A stretch of DNA of 64,000 nucleotides from a virus (Duplodnaviria; Caudoviricetes). Shown here piece by piece: positions 63,825 to 64,000 of this stretch (the stretch's first letter is position 1; every line of letters starts with the position of its first letter). The stretch is from positions 1-64,000 of IMG/VR virus record IMGVR_UViG_3300011435_000001; one strand, given 5' to 3'. Below the pieces are notes generated by a model. It was not told where the DNA came from. It made no database searches and saw only the letters and a list, made by a program, of their open reading frames with translations. Made by a program: the position numbers and the translations under genes.

Positions 63825-64000
63825 ACACTACGCTTCACGAAGGCAAGCAAGTTGAAATTCTTCTCCCGTGGTATCGCGAGGTCGCGCCTCAAGTTGCTTT
63901 CAGTGTCATGCGTCTCATGGACAAGGGGCGCATTGGTGTCCGCGCTCGTTGGGGTGACGCGTGCATTTATCACGTTCGCAACGTGCTGGCGGAGGAGTTT
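63821..64000 (+). CDS. N-terminus of a putative GT2-like glycosyltransferase (truncated)
   Basis: 'VEILLPWYREV...DACIYHVRNVLAEEF' resembles phage GT-A N-termini; runs off the window. Confidence 0.4.
   Translation, partial: MNTTLHEGKQVEILLPWYREVAPQVAFSVMRLMDKGRIGVRARWGDACIYHVRNVLAEEF

Noticed and set aside
1-64000. Stop-codon reassignment
   Set aside because: Genes are intact in code 11 with tight stop/start coupling; no CUA or UCA suppressor tRNA seen; TAG is simply rare

Overview
A 64 kb, GC-rich piece of a tailed dsDNA phage genome with a podovirus-like virion. No host genes are visible, and the major capsid and lysis genes lie outside the window or were not recognised. (i) 1-18.9 kb, + strand: tail, nozzle and fibre genes, a 2OG-Fe(II) oxygenase, GNAT, HNH, two ejection-type proteins and a 3031-aa polyvalent protein (zincin, GNAT, ADP-ribosyltransferase-like and HhH-like modules). 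(ii) 18.9-48.4 kb, - strand: early and replication genes (UvrD, pyruvyl-transferase-like, small ORFs behind repeated sigma70-type promoters that appear to give leaderless mRNAs, a cluster of non-canonical tRNA-like RNAs, gmd, phosphoesterase, RuvC-like, a GGQ release-factor-like protein, sigma factor, primase-helicase, PolA, histone-fold-like, SSB-like, Cas4-like, RNA ligase, SF2 helicase, HD protein, dNMP-kinase-like). (iii) 48.7-64 kb, + strand: possible TerS, an accessory block (papain-fold proteins, serine recombinase, atypical tRNA-CAT plus a ~300-nt structured RNA, sulfotransferase, GDP-sugar epimerase, glycosyltransferase-like), then TerL, portal and scaffold. The strongest candidates for novelty are the non-canonical RNAs combined with translation-rescue proteins, and the glycan sulfation/pyruvylation gene set. 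All calls come from motifs and base-pairing read by eye; no searches or folding programs were run.
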